NCBI GenBank assembly: GCA_043804825.1
Contig: JAZDIQ010000019.1
Location: 18,223 to 82,222, forward strand
Length of the DNA: 64,000 nucleotides
Origin: Pseudomonadota bacterium
Lineage (GTDB): Bacteria > Desulfobacterota > Desulfarculia > Desulfarculales > Desulfarculaceae
Direction of reading: 5' to 3'
Every line of letters starts with the position of its first letter. Positions within the stretch are counted from its first letter, which is position 1. Of this stretch, positions 38,061 to 49,570 are shown piece by piece. The notes under the pieces are model-generated. The model was not told the DNA's origin. It saw nothing but the letters and a program-made list of their open reading frames with translations, and ran no database searches. The position numbers and the translations under genes were made by a program.

Positions 38061-38396
38061 TCCCGCCAGAGGCCCCGGGGGCCTGACGGGGTTCCGCCCC
38101 CCGGGTTCCCGGCCCGCCATCCGTCCTCCGCTGGGTTGCCCCCCGCGAGGCAGCCCTCGTCATCCCGGGCCGCCGGCCGAGCAAGGCCGGCGGCCCGGCT
38201 TTTGGGGTTGGGCCAGGGGAGCTGGTCGCCATCAATAATTCCTTAGGCATGGCGCTGGCGGCCCGGACAGGGGCCAGGCCCCGCTGCGCCAGCTCAGGCC
38301 CGGCGCTCGGCCTTGCCATACGGGGACCAGGCTGGTAAATAATAGAATTTGCCAACCTTCACCAGCCAGTCCCGACGACCCGCCGGGGGAGCGAGC

Positions 38397-39367
<971 letters not shown>

Positions 39368-39371
<4 letters not shown>

Positions 39372-40135
39372 GGGCTCTCCAGGCCATATATCTGCGCGAA
39401 CTCCAGGCCTATTTCCATTCGGCCATCGCCTACGTGCTGTGGGTGGGCTTTCTGCTTCTCAGCGGTTTTTTCTTTTATTCCGGCACCATGTACTACGGCA
39501 TGGCCAGTTTGCAGGCCATGCGTAACCCCATGGGCGGGGGCCTGAACCTGCACGACATGCTGGTGGCACCCCTTTTGGGCAACATGTCGGTGATTCAGAT
39601 GCTGGTGGCACCATTGCTCACCATGCGTCTTTTGAGCGAGGAAAAACGCGCCGGCACCCTGGAGCTGCTGCTCTCCTACCCCCTGAGCGACCTTTCGGTG
39701 GTGCTGGGCAAATTCCTGGCGGCCCTTAGCATGCTGGCCCTGATCCTGGCGCCCACCCTGCTGCACATGATCATCCTGGCCTGGCTGGGGCCCCTGTACT
39801 GGCCCACGGTGCTCCTGGGCTACCTGGGATTGCTGCTCCTGGGCGCCGGGTTCATCGCCCTGGGGCTGTTGGCCTCGGCGCTGACCGAGAACCAGATCGT
39901 GGCCGCGGTGACGGCCTTTGCCGGGCTGTTGCTCTTGTGGGTGCTGCGCTGGTCCTCCAGCCTGGCCGGCGAGTCCTGGGGACCGCTTCTGCAGGGCTTA
40001 AGCCTCAGCGCCCATTTCGAGAATCTGGCCAAGGGCCTCTTGGACAGCGCCGATATCGCCTATTTCGTCTTGTTCGTGGCCTTGTTTTTGTTCGCCAGCA
40101 TACGGGCCTTGGAGGCCAAGCGTTGGAAGTCCTAG
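39368..40135 (+). CDS. ABC-2 permease (GldF-like)
   Basis: RELQAYF, PLLTMRLLSEEKRAGTLELL, VLGKF, TENQIVA. Confidence 0.9.
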
Positions 40136-41700
40136 CCAAAAACACGCCAGCCCGCCTGCTGGGCTGGCTGGGCCTGGCCTTGGTGGCCGCCGGCATGCCC
40201 CATTATGCCTGGGCCGTTTACCACCCCCTGTGGGGGCTGTGGGCCGCCGGCGCCGGCGGGCTCTGCCTGGTGGCCGGGGGCCTCTTGGGCCGGCGGGAGC
40301 TGGCGGTATTCCTCAACAAGCGCTCGGCACGCCTGGGCCTGGGGGCCGGGGCGTCGCTATTGATGGTGCTGGCCATCGCCCTGTTCCTGGGCGCCCTGGC
40401 CAGCCGCCACCACCTGCGCCTGGACCTGACCAAGGACGCCCGCCATACCCTGGCCCCCCAGAGCAAGGAGCTTCTGGCCAAGCTCTCCGAGCCGGTGAAG
40501 GCCTATGCCTTTTACCGCGAGGGGCAGCCGGGCCGCCAGGGCCTGCGCGACCTCTTGGAGCAGTACGCCTTCCAGAGCCACCAGTTCAGCTACCAGTTCG
40601 TGGACCCGGACCGCGACCCCGGCCTGGCCCGGCGCTTTGACGTGCGCGCCTACGGCAGCCTGTTGCTCAGCCAGGGCGACAGGGTTGAGCGCATCAAGCT
40701 GCCCGAGGAGCAGGAGCTGACCAGCGCCCTGTTGCGCCTGAGCCGCCAGGGCTCCAAGACCGTGTACCTGCTCGGCGGCCACGGCGAGGCCTCCCCCGAG
40801 GAGGGCGGCCAACAGGGCCTGAGCCAGTTCAAGCAGGCCGTGGAGAAGCAGAACTACCACGTCAAGCCCCTGGTATTGATCACGGCCCGCCAGGTGCCGG
40901 CCGACGCCGCCCTGGTGGTGGTGGCCGCCCCCCAGAAGCCCCTCTTGCCCGCCGAGGCCGCCGCCCTGGATGAGCACCTCAAACGCGGCGGCGGGCTGCT
41001 CCTGCTTTTGGAGCCCGACCGCGACTCCGGCCTGGCCGCCTGGCTCAAGCAGCGCGGGGTCATCCTGGATGACGACCTGGTGCTGGACCCGGCCAGCAGC
41101 CTGGTGGGGGCCAGCCCCGCCTGGCCCCTGGTGGAGGATTTTGGCCAGCACCCCGTGACCAAGCCCCTGACCGGCATGATCTGCTACTTCCCCCTGGCCC
41201 GCTCCCTCAGGCTGGCCCAGCCCCTGCCAGAGGGCGTGCGGGGCCAGGAGCTCTTGCGCACCGGCCCGTCCTCCTGGGGGGTCACGGACCTGGACACCCT
41301 CAAGGCCGGACCGGCCCGCTACCAGGAAGGCCGGGACCTGAAAGGTCCCTTGAGCCTGGGCGCGGTGCTGGAGGTGCCCGGGGCCTCGCCCTCCCCCGCG
41401 CCGGGCCAGACCCCGCCCCCGGCCCCCCGGGGACGCCTGACGGTGATCGGTGATGCCGATTTCTTGACCAACCAGCACCTGGGGCAGGCCGCCAACCGTG
41501 ACCTGGCCCTAAACCTGGTCAGCTATCTGGCCGAGGAGCAAGACCTTATCTCCCTGCGCCCCAGGCAGGACGCCAGCCAACCCCTCTTGTTGACCCCCGG
41601 GCAGGGAATCGTGCTCTTCGGGTTGCCGGTGGTGGTGCTGCCGCTTATCTTCTTGGGGTTGGGGGTGGTGGTGGTGCGGCGGCGCAGGAGGCGCTTATGA
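40123..41700 (+). CDS. GldG-like ABC auxiliary membrane/periplasmic protein
   Basis: RLDLT...TL, FVDPD, GGHGE, VIGDADF, NRDLALN, C-terminal TM; TTG start after GGAGG. Confidence 0.85.
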   Translation: MEVLAKNTPARLLGWLGLALVAAGMPHYAWAVYHPLWGLWAAGAGGLCLVAGGLLGRRELAVFLNKRSARLGLGAGASLLMVLAIALFLGALASRHHLRLDLTKDARHTLAPQSKELLAKLSEPVKAYAFYREGQPGRQGLRDLLEQYAFQSHQFSYQFVDPDRDPGLARRFDVRAYGSLLLSQGDRVERIKLPEEQELTSALLRLSRQGSKTVYLLGGHGEASPEEGGQQGLSQFKQAVEKQNYHVKPLVLITARQVPADAALVVVAAPQKPLLPAEAAALDEHLKRGGGLLLLLEPDRDSGLAAWLKQRGVILDDDLVLDPASSLVGASPAWPLVEDFGQHPVTKPLTGMICYFPLARSLRLAQPLPEGVRGQELLRTGPSSWGVTDLDTLKAGPARYQEGRDLKGPLSLGAVLEVPGASPSPAPGQTPPPAPRGRLTVIGDADFLTNQHLGQAANRDLALNLVSYLAEEQDLISLRPRQDASQPLLLTPGQGIVLFGLPVVVLPLIFLGLGVVVVRRRRRRL

Positions 41701-43070
41701 GCTCGCGGCGGCTTATGGCCTGGGCCATGATCCTGGTCGTGGCCGGGGGCGCCTGGTTGCTCAGCAACCACCTGGACCAGCGCGATCAGGAGGAACAGGC
41801 CAAGGCCAGCCGCCTGTGGGAACTGGATGACCTAACCTCGGTGCAGGCCCTGGAGTTCAAGGGCCGGGACTACCCCGAGCCCCTGCGCGTGGAACGCGCG
41901 GGCCAGGGCCAGCAATGGCGGGTGAGCAAGCCCCTGGCCTGCCCCGCCGACAGCCTGGCCGTGGGGCGCGTCTTGAACAGCCTGGCCGCGGCGCAGGTCA
42001 GCCAGCGCCTGGACGACCCGGGACCCTGGAGCGACTTCGGCCTGGCGCCGCCGCTTCTGGAGCTGGTCCTGACCGACCGCCAGGGCGGCTCCCGCACCCT
42101 CTTGGTGGGCTCCATCAGCCCCAGCCAGGAATCGGTCTACCTCGCCCGCCCCGGTCAACCGGAGGTGCTCCTGGCACCGGTGGAACTGCGCGCCTCCCTG
42201 GCCAAAAGGCTCCTGGACCTGCGCGACAAGGTGGTGCTGGACTTCCCCCTGGCCCAGGTGCGGCGGGTGGAGCTGCAAGAAGGCACCAGCCACCTGATCC
42301 TGGAGCGCAACCAGGCCGGCGGGCCGGCGGGCTGGACCCTGGCCGGGCAAGGCCCCGCCGACCCCGAGGAAGTGGACAACCTGCTCTTGCAAGCCCACGG
42401 CCTTTTGGCCCAGGGCTTCGTGGACCAGGACTTCAAGCCGGCCAAGCTGGGCCTGGAGCCGCCCCGGGGACGCCTGGCCCTCACCCTGGCCGATGGCGGC
42501 CAACAGGGCCTGATCTGGGGCCAGGAGGTGCCGGGCAAAAACCAGACCTACGTGCGGCGCACCGAGGGCGGTCCGCTGATGCTGGTGCAGGACGAGAGCC
42601 TGAAGCGCCTGGAGCGCCAGCCCCGGGACCTCTTGGACCGGCGGCTGTTCACCCTGGAGCGCTCGGCGGTGGACCAGCTCAAAATCGCGCGTCAGGGCCG
42701 GGAGAGGCTGTTTGCCCGCCAGGAGGGCCAATGGCGCCAGGTACAGCCCCCGGGTGGGGACCCCGCGATCGGCGAAAAAGCCGGACTTTTCATCTGGGAC
42801 CTCTTGGATCTCAGGTGGGAAAAAGCCCTGCCCGCCGATGATTACGGGCTGGATTCCCCGGACTGCACCCTGGCCCTGGCCGCCGGCCAGGACGCCGGCC
42901 AGGTCCTGGCGGTGGGGCGGCCCGACCCGGTCAGCGGGCTGCTGCCCGTGCGTTTGGCGGGCCAAAAAGTGGTTTATGGGATAAAGTCTGACTTCATGGA
43001 TAAAATTCCCCAGGAGCCCGGGGCGCCCGCCCCCGCCCCCGGGGATACGAGCCAATCATCAAGGAAGTAA
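41697..43070 (+). CDS. DUF4340-type membrane-anchored periplasmic protein
   Basis: N-terminal TM; three repeats with (F/Y)GL..P and DLRD/DLLD motifs; usual fourth gene of gldAFG-like operons. Confidence 0.75.
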   Translation: MSSRRLMAWAMILVVAGGAWLLSNHLDQRDQEEQAKASRLWELDDLTSVQALEFKGRDYPEPLRVERAGQGQQWRVSKPLACPADSLAVGRVLNSLAAAQVSQRLDDPGPWSDFGLAPPLLELVLTDRQGGSRTLLVGSISPSQESVYLARPGQPEVLLAPVELRASLAKRLLDLRDKVVLDFPLAQVRRVELQEGTSHLILERNQAGGPAGWTLAGQGPADPEEVDNLLLQAHGLLAQGFVDQDFKPAKLGLEPPRGRLALTLADGGQQGLIWGQEVPGKNQTYVRRTEGGPLMLVQDESLKRLERQPRDLLDRRLFTLERSAVDQLKIARQGRERLFARQEGQWRQVQPPGGDPAIGEKAGLFIWDLLDLRWEKALPADDYGLDSPDCTLALAAGQDAGQVLAVGRPDPVSGLLPVRLAGQKVVYGIKSDFMDKIPQEPGAPAPAPGDTSQSSRK

Positions 43071-43075
43071 AAAAG

Positions 43076-43441
43076 ATGGCAAGAGTCACGGTGGAGGACT
43101 GCCTGAGGCAGATCGACAACCGCTTCAGCCTGGTGCACCTGACGGCCAAACGAGTGCGTCAGCTCCGGGAGGGCGCCCCGCCCCACATGGACGTCAAGAA
43201 CAAGGAAATCGTCCTGGCCCTGCGCGAGATCGCCTCGGGCGACGTCTACCCGGTCAGCGCCGAGGAGGCCGAGATCGAGCGCGCCGCCGCCGAGGAGCGC
43301 GAGCGCGCCCGCATCGCCCAGGCCGTGGCCGAGGCCGAGGCCCAGGCCCAGGCCGCCGCCGCCCTGCGCCTGGACGAGGACGACGAGGACGACGAGGAAG
43401 AAGAGGAAGAGACCGGCGATCAGGGCCAGGATCGGGAATAA
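43076..43441 (+). CDS. rpoZ: RNA polymerase omega subunit with acidic C-terminal extension
   Basis: [10 protein letters not shown]...NRFSLV...AKRVRQL...NK..V.ALREIA. Confidence 0.95.
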   Translation: MARVTVEDCLRQIDNRFSLVHLTAKRVRQLREGAPPHMDVKNKEIVLALREIASGDVYPVSAEEAEIERAAAEERERARIAQAVAEAEAQAQAAAALRLDEDDEDDEEEEEETGDQGQDRE

Positions 43442-43444
43442 GCC

Positions 43445-43792
43445 ATGGCCAGGGACCAACTGCCCTCGGCCAAGGAGCGCCGGCGCCTCCTGGCCCAGAA
43501 GGCCCCCAGCCTGGCCGAGACCGGTGGCCGCTTCCTAAAGGAGGGGCGCTGGGGCGAGGCCCTGGAGTGCCTGAGCGCCGCCGGGGCCACCGACCAACTG
43601 CGGGACCTGGCCGGCCAGGCGCTCGACGCCGGCGACCTCTTCACCTGGCGCAGGGTCCTGGAGGCCCTGGGGCAGGAGCCCTCTGCCCAGGAACTGGGCC
43701 AGCTCAAGGCCCGCGCCGAGGAACTGGGTAAGCACACCTTTGCCCGGGCCGCCCAGGTCATCCTGGAGCCCGCTGACGAACAGAAGACATGA
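43445..43792 (+). CDS. hypothetical helical protein
   Basis: Tightly packed between rpoZ and dnaJ (3-nt gap; ATGA overlap with dnaJ). Confidence 0.75.
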   Translation: MARDQLPSAKERRRLLAQKAPSLAETGGRFLKEGRWGEALECLSAAGATDQLRDLAGQALDAGDLFTWRRVLEALGQEPSAQELGQLKARAEELGKHTFARAAQVILEPADEQKT

Positions 43793-44931
43793 AACGCTGT
43801 TATTACGAAATCCTGGGGATTGAACGGGACTGCGACCCCGAGGTGATGAAAAAGGCCTACCGCAAGCTGGCCATGGAGTTGCACCCCGACCGCAACCCCG
43901 GCGACGCCCAGTCCGAGGAAAAATTCAAGGAGGCCGCCGAGGCCTACGAGGTGCTGCGCGACGCCGAGAAGCGCCGCCTCTATGACGCCTACGGCCATGA
44001 GGGGCTGAAAAACACCGGCTTCTCGGGCTTCGGCGGCATGGGCGACATCTTCAGCACCTTCTCCGACGTCTTCGAGGGGCTCTTCGGGTTCCCCGGCGGG
44101 GCGCCCCGGGGCGGCCCCCAACGCGGACGCGATCTGCGCTACGACATGGAGGTGAGCCTGGAGGACGCCGCCCAGGGCAAGCAGGCCAGCTTCCGGGTGG
44201 GGCGCGAACTGGCCTGCCAGGAATGCTCCGGCCGCGGCCAGAAGGGCGGTGCCCCGCCGGTGGTCTGCCGGGCCTGCGGCGGCCAGGGCCAGGTGCTCCG
44301 CAGCCAGGGCTTTTTCCGCCTGGCCACCACCTGCCCCGAGTGCCGGGGCGAGGGCCGGGTGGTCACCGACCCCTGCCCGGCCTGCCGGGGCAAGGGGCGC
44401 AAGTTCGAGGAAAAGGAACTCTCGGTGCGCATCCCCCCGGGCATCGGCCACGGTCAGCGCCTGCGCATGCGCGGCGAGGGCGAGGGTGGCAGTCTGGGCG
44501 GCGAGCCCGGCGACCTCTACGTGGTGGTGCACTTGCAGCCCCATGGGGTCTTCGAGCGCGACGGCGACTCCCTCTACCGCCAGCTCAAGGTCTCCATGAT
44601 CCAGGCCGCCCTGGGGCGCAGCGTGCTGGTGGAGACCCTCATCGACGGCCCGGCCGAACTGGCCATACCCGCCGGCTCCCAGACCGGCGACCTGGTGCGC
44701 CTGCCCCGTTTGGGCATGCCGCGGCTGCGCGACGAGCGCCGGGGCGATCTCTTGGTGCAACTGGTGGTGCGCACCCCCCAGAAACTGAAAAAAGACCAGA
44801 AACGCCTCTTGGAGGAACTGGCCCAGCTGGGCGATGACCAGGCCGCTCCCGAGCCCGTGCTCGAGGACGAGGGCCGGGAAGTGGCGACGGGGGCCAAGAA
44901 AAAGAAGCGCCGTTGGGGGCTGAAAGCATGA
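43789..44931 (+). CDS. dnaJ: molecular chaperone DnaJ
   Basis: J domain with HPD, G/F region, four CxxCxGxG repeats, GDLYV. Confidence 0.95.
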   Translation: MKRCYYEILGIERDCDPEVMKKAYRKLAMELHPDRNPGDAQSEEKFKEAAEAYEVLRDAEKRRLYDAYGHEGLKNTGFSGFGGMGDIFSTFSDVFEGLFGFPGGAPRGGPQRGRDLRYDMEVSLEDAAQGKQASFRVGRELACQECSGRGQKGGAPPVVCRACGGQGQVLRSQGFFRLATTCPECRGEGRVVTDPCPACRGKGRKFEEKELSVRIPPGIGHGQRLRMRGEGEGGSLGGEPGDLYVVVHLQPHGVFERDGDSLYRQLKVSMIQAALGRSVLVETLIDGPAELAIPAGSQTGDLVRLPRLGMPRLRDERRGDLLVQLVVRTPQKLKKDQKRLLEELAQLGDDQAAPEPVLEDEGREVATGAKKKKRRWGLKA

Positions 44932-45437
44932 CCACCGAAACGGAGAGCAAGGCGGAGCCGGGGCTTAGTCACCTAGACAGCAAGGGGCAAGCCCGCATGG
45001 TGGACGTGGGGCACAAGTCCCCCACCCAGCGCCAGGCCACGGCCCGGGGCAAGGTGCGGCTGAACCAGGAGGTGCTGGCCTTGATCGCCCAGGGCGGCCT
45101 GCCCAAGGGCGACGCCCTGGCGGTGGCCCGCATCGCCGGCATCCAGGCGGCCAAGCGCACCCCCGAGCTGATCCCCCTGTGTCACCCCCTGCCCATCAGT
45201 GCCGTGAGCCTGGAACTCACTCCCCAGGATGACGGCGTGTTGATCCAGGCCACGGTCAAGACCGTGGCCCCCACGGGGGTGGAGATGGAGGCGCTCACCG
45301 CCGTCAGCGTGGCGGCCCTGGCCCTCTACGACATGATAAAATCAGTGCAGCGCGACGCGGTCATCGAGTCCATCTGGCTCGAGACCAAATCCGGCGGCAA
45401 AAGCGGCACCTTTAGCCGGGAGCCCCGGCGGGCCTAA
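44928..45437 (+). CDS. moaC: cyclic pyranopterin monophosphate synthase
   Basis: ARMVDV, KGDAL, LIPLCHP, TGVEMEAL, LYDMIK, KSGGKSG. Confidence 0.96.
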   Translation: MTTETESKAEPGLSHLDSKGQARMVDVGHKSPTQRQATARGKVRLNQEVLALIAQGGLPKGDALAVARIAGIQAAKRTPELIPLCHPLPISAVSLELTPQDDGVLIQATVKTVAPTGVEMEALTAVSVAALALYDMIKSVQRDAVIESIWLETKSGGKSGTFSREPRRA

Positions 45438-45609
45438 CGGGTCGGGAAAGGCCCTGGCCCCCGCGCAATTGCTCGGCTCCCGCCGCGGGCTGGCCGAGGA
45501 AGCACCCGCCACGGGGAGCCCCGGAAGGCCTAACGAGTCGGGAAGGGCACTGGCCCCCGCGCAATTGCTCGGCTCCCGCCGCGGGCTGGCCGGAGAGGCG
45601 ACGTCCACC
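45418..45609 (+). repeat. two-copy 96-bp tandem repeat overlapping the moaC stop
   Basis: agccccgg starts at 45421 and 45517; the core CTGGCCCCCGCGCAATTGCTCGGCTCCCGCCGCGGGCTGGCCG is identical in both copies. Confidence 0.9.
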
Positions 45610-45702
45610 GGCAACGGACCCCGGCCCGGGCGGTCTTTACAGCCCCTCTTTGCCGTGATAAACTCCGCCCTCAATCCTCGCCAATAACCGGGAGAGGTGC
45701 CC

Positions 45703-46065
45703 ATGGACAAGGAAAAGCTGGAGTTCTTCCGCAAGCTCATGCAAGAGCAACTCGACGAGCTCTTGAGCGAGGCCGAGCGCACCGTGGCCGGCATGACCGA
45801 CGCCAAGGAGAACTTCCCCGACCCCACCGACCGGGCCGCCCTGGAGTCGGACCGCAACTTCCTGTTGCGTATCCGCGACCGTGAGCGCAAGCTCATCAGC
45901 AAGATCAACGAGGCCCTCCTGCGCCTGGAAGATGGCACTTACGGCATCTGCGAGTCCTGCGGAGAGGACATCAGCGAGGAGCGGCTCACCGCGCGGCCGG
46001 TGACCACCCTGTGCTTCGATTGCAAGAGGCGCCAGGAGGCCATGGAAAAGGCCCGGGGCAAATAG
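45703..46065 (+). CDS. dksA: RNA polymerase-binding factor DksA
   Basis: DPTDRA coiled-coil tip, RDRERKLI, YGICESC...RL.ARP.TTLCFDCK. Confidence 0.95.
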   Translation: MDKEKLEFFRKLMQEQLDELLSEAERTVAGMTDAKENFPDPTDRAALESDRNFLLRIRDRERKLISKINEALLRLEDGTYGICESCGEDISEERLTARPVTTLCFDCKRRQEAMEKARGK

Positions 46066-46132
46066 ACGGCTATCTTCCCAGGCCCGGCCCGACGCTTGGT
46101 AACGGCTTACCCTGGCGCGGGCGGCGATAGGC

Positions 46133-47533
46133 ATGTTCCAGCAACGCCTGCAGTTCTTTCGCTCGATTCTCTACCTGGGCGACCTATGCCTGGTGGTGGT
46201 CTGCTGGATCGCCGCCTACTACATCCGTTTTTACTATCCCGTCTTCCCGGTGACCAAGGGCGTGCCCGACCTCCAGCTCTACCTGGCCCTCTTGCTGTTG
46301 GTGCTGGTGATCTACGCCGTGGTCTTCCAGACTTTCGCCCTGTACCGGCGCCCCTGGGCGGGGCTATCCCATACCTGGTGGCCGGTGTTCAAGGCCGCCA
46401 CCACCGGCGTGGTGGTGGCCGTGACCCTGGCCTTCTTCGTGCGGCCCTATGATTTCAGCCGCCTGGTCTTCGCCCATTTCTACGTCCTGTTGCTGATGGC
46501 GCTGTTGGGCTTTAGGCCCCTGTTGCGCCTGGTTTGGAGCCGCACCCACCCCGAGCACCTGGGCGAGGCGGTGCTGATCGTGGGCATCGACGACTTGGGG
46601 CGTCTGTTGGCCCAGAAAATCCGCCAGAACCCGGTGCTGGGCCTGCGCATCGTGGGCTTTCTCACCCGCCGGCCAGAGTTGGTGGGGCAGGTGATCGAGG
46701 GCGCGCCGGTGCTGGGTCTGTACAATCAGGTGCCCCGGGTGCTGGCCGAGCACGGCATACAGGTGCTCATCATCGCGCTGCCCATCGCCGCCCACGCCCA
46801 CATCCACGAGGTGGTGGACTTCGTGGCCGACGAGATGGTGGACATCAAGATCGTGCCCGATCTGCACCATTTCATCAGTCTGCACGGTTCCATCGAGGAG
46901 TTCGAGGGCCTGCCCATCATCGGCCTGCGCGGCAGCCCCCTGGAGGGCTGGAACAGCGTGCTCAAGCGGGGGGTGGACATCCTGGGCAGCCTGGTGGGCA
47001 TCGTGCTCCTGGGGCCGGTGATGCTCCTGGTGGCGTTTATGGTCAAGCTGTGCTCCGGGCCGGGGCCGGTGCTCTTTCGCCAGCAACGCATGGGCCTGGA
47101 CGGCCGGGTCTTCGAGATGCTCAAGTTCCGCACCATGCGCGCGGACGCCGAGTGCGAGACCGGACCGGTGTGGTGCGCCGAGAATGACCAGCGCCGCACC
47201 GGCCTGGGGGCCTTTTTGCGGGCCACCAGCCTGGACGAGCTGCCCCAGTTCTTCAACGCCTTGAAGGGCGAGATGAGCCTGGTGGGCCCCCGGCCCGAGC
47301 GGCCGGAGTTCATCGCCGACTTTCGGCGCAAGGTGCCGGGCTACATGCTCCGGCACAAGGTCAAGGCCGGCATCACCGGCTGGGCGCAGATCAACGGCTG
47401 GCGCGGCAACACCAGCCTGGAGGAGCGCATCAAGCACGATCTGCACTACATCGAGAACTGGTCGCTCACCTTTGACTTCAAGATCATGGCCTTGACGGTG
47501 GTCAAGGGCTTCATACACCCCAATGCCTACTAG
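46133..47533 (+). CDS. undecaprenyl-phosphate sugar-1-phosphate transferase (WcaJ/WbaP type)
   Basis: 4 TM + Rossmann-like domain + KRGVD, KFRTM, SLDELPQ, SLVGPRPE, GITGWAQ. Confidence 0.93.
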   Translation: MFQQRLQFFRSILYLGDLCLVVVCWIAAYYIRFYYPVFPVTKGVPDLQLYLALLLLVLVIYAVVFQTFALYRRPWAGLSHTWWPVFKAATTGVVVAVTLAFFVRPYDFSRLVFAHFYVLLLMALLGFRPLLRLVWSRTHPEHLGEAVLIVGIDDLGRLLAQKIRQNPVLGLRIVGFLTRRPELVGQVIEGAPVLGLYNQVPRVLAEHGIQVLIIALPIAAHAHIHEVVDFVADEMVDIKIVPDLHHFISLHGSIEEFEGLPIIGLRGSPLEGWNSVLKRGVDILGSLVGIVLLGPVMLLVAFMVKLCSGPGPVLFRQQRMGLDGRVFEMLKFRTMRADAECETGPVWCAENDQRRTGLGAFLRATSLDELPQFFNALKGEMSLVGPRPERPEFIADFRRKVPGYMLRHKVKAGITGWAQINGWRGNTSLEERIKHDLHYIENWSLTFDFKIMALTVVKGFIHPNAY

Positions 47534-47549
47534 CCCGCGGGATTAGTCC

Positions 47550-48332
47550 ATGCCCCTGACCCAGCATCTGGCCGAGCTTGTCCGTTATCGCGCCCTGGTG
47601 GGCGCCCTGGCCGGCCGCGAGCTGAAAGGGCGCTACCGGGGTTCCTTGCTGGGCTTCCTGTGGACCTTCCTCAACCCGCTGCTCTTGCTTTTGGTCTACG
47701 CCCTGGTCTTCAGCGTGTACTTTCGGGTGCAGATGGAGCACTACGCGGCCTTCATGTTCACCGGCCTTCTCCCCTGGATATTCTTCTCGCAATCCCTGAA
47801 CGAGGGCGCCGGGGCCATCACCGACGGCGGCAGCCTGGTGACCAAGGTGCTGTTTCCCCAGCAGGTGCTGCCGGCGGTCAAGGTGCTGGCCAACCTGGTC
47901 AACTACCTCCTGAGCCTGCCCATCCTGCTGGGCTTTCTGCTGTTCCAGCAGGTGCCGCTGACCTGGTGTTTGCTGGCCTTTCCCCTGGTGGCGGCCCTGC
48001 ACCTGGTCTTCACACTGGCCCTGGTGCTGATCCTGGCCACGGCCACGGTCTTCATGCGCGACACCCGGCATCTCTTGAACAACCTCTTGACCCTGTGGTT
48101 CTTCCTGACGCCGGTGCTCTATCCGCTCACCCAGGTGCCCGAGAAATACCGCTTCCTGGTCTACCTCAATCCGGCGGCGGTCTTCACCCTGGCCTACCAG
48201 GACATCATTTTTTATGGCCGCTGGCCGCGCTGGGACCACCTGGGCGCCCTGGCCCTCCTGAGCCTGGTATTGTTGTGGGCCGGGGTGAGGGTCTTCGAGC
48301 ACTACAAGGAATACTTCGCCGAGAAGATATGA
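47550..48332 (+). CDS. wzm: ABC polysaccharide export permease
   Basis: RELKGRYRGSLLGFLW..LNP, KV.FP, RD, FFLTPVLYP, LNP. Confidence 0.9.
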   Translation: MPLTQHLAELVRYRALVGALAGRELKGRYRGSLLGFLWTFLNPLLLLLVYALVFSVYFRVQMEHYAAFMFTGLLPWIFFSQSLNEGAGAITDGGSLVTKVLFPQQVLPAVKVLANLVNYLLSLPILLGFLLFQQVPLTWCLLAFPLVAALHLVFTLALVLILATATVFMRDTRHLLNNLLTLWFFLTPVLYPLTQVPEKYRFLVYLNPAAVFTLAYQDIIFYGRWPRWDHLGALALLSLVLLWAGVRVFEHYKEYFAEKI

Positions 48333-49570
48333 CAGACCAACCGGCCATAGAGGTCATCGACCTGGTCAAGCGCTTTCGGCGCGAGATGCTCCAGCGCTCC
48401 TACGGCACCTGGAAGTCGCTCCTTTTGCGGCCCTTTGCCAAGAAGCGCCATACCGATTACGTCACGGTGCTGGACGGGCTTAACTTCAGCGTGGCCGGCG
48501 GCGGCACCCTGGCGGTGATCGGCCAGAACGGCTCGGGCAAGTCCACCCTGCTGAAAATCATGGCCGGCATCTACAAGCCCGACCAGGGCAGCGTGAGCGT
48601 GCGCGGCCGGGTCAGTAGCCTCATCGAGCTGGGGGCCGGCTTCCACCCCGAGTTCAGCGGCCGCGAGAACGTGTACTTGAACGGCACCATCCTGGGGCTG
48701 TCCAAGAAAGAAATCGGCGAGCGCTTCGAGCACATCGTGGCCTACTCCGGCCTGGGCGAATACATCGACGCGCCGGTGCGCACCTACAGCTCGGGCATGT
48801 ACGTGCGCCTGGGCTTCTCGGTGGCGGTCAACGTGGACCCCGACGTGCTCCTGGTGGACGAGGTGCTGGCCGTGGGCGACGAGGCCTTCGCCCACAAGTG
48901 CGAGGACAAGATCAACCAGTTCAAGCGCGCCGGCAAGACCATCGTGCTGGTGACCCACGACCTGGGCGCCGTGGAGAAATACACCGACGAGGTGATCTGG
49001 CTGGACGGCGGCTGCCTGGCCGCCCGGGGCGAGCCCTTGCGCGTCATCGACGCCTACCGCCAGAAGGTCTCGCTGATGGAGGACGAGATACGCCGCGACC
49101 AGTGCCAACCCCAGGAGGCCCTGGATCAACAGCGCTGGGGCGACGGCCAGGTGCTCATCGAGGCCGTGCGCCTGTTGGACCAGGCCGGTGAGCAGCGGGC
49201 CGTCTTCCAGCAGGGCGAGGCCCTCATCCTGGAGATGGACTACCGCCAGGTGAACCCCACGGCCGACCTGGTCTTCGGGGTGGCCATCCAGAACGCCCAG
49301 GAGGTGCTTTGCTACGGCACCAACACCCACCTGGAGCGGGTGGATCTGGGGACGCTGCCGGCCCGGGGCAGCGTGCGTTTTTCGGTCAGCCGCCTGGATT
49401 TCGTGCAGGGCACCTACCTCTTGGACGTGGCCGCCCACGCCCGCGACGGCCGGGCCTATGATTACATCAAGCAGGCGGCCTCCTTCGCGGTGCGCTCCGG
49501 CCTGGGAGACGAGGGCGTCTTCCGGCCGCCGCACACCTGGCAGGTAACGCCCCTGGGGGATAGCGCATGA
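48329..49570 (+). CDS. wzt: ABC polysaccharide export ATPase with C-terminal carbohydrate-binding domain
   Basis: GQNGSGKST, GAGFHPEFSGREN, YSSGM, DEVLAVGD, then RWGDG... Wzt_C beta domain. Confidence 0.92.
   Translation: MTDQPAIEVIDLVKRFRREMLQRSYGTWKSLLLRPFAKKRHTDYVTVLDGLNFSVAGGGTLAVIGQNGSGKSTLLKIMAGIYKPDQGSVSVRGRVSSLIELGAGFHPEFSGRENVYLNGTILGLSKKEIGERFEHIVAYSGLGEYIDAPVRTYSSGMYVRLGFSVAVNVDPDVLLVDEVLAVGDEAFAHKCEDKINQFKRAGKTIVLVTHDLGAVEKYTDEVIWLDGGCLAARGEPLRVIDAYRQKVSLMEDEIRRDQCQPQEALDQQRWGDGQVLIEAVRLLDQAGEQRAVFQQGEALILEMDYRQVNPTADLVFGVAIQNAQEVLCYGTNTHLERVDLGTLPARGSVRFSVSRLDFVQGTYLLDVAAHARDGRAYDYIKQAASFAVRSGLGDEGVFRPPHTWQVTPLGDSA

Noticed and set aside
45418-45609. Possible CRISPR array
   Set aside because: Two contiguous 96-bp units without unique spacers; no cas genes.
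47660-48328. N-terminal extension of Wzt in the ORF track (similar extensions at 17162, 32927, 39937, 52764)
   Set aside because: These overlap the upstream genes in another frame; true starts lie at the stop/start junctions.
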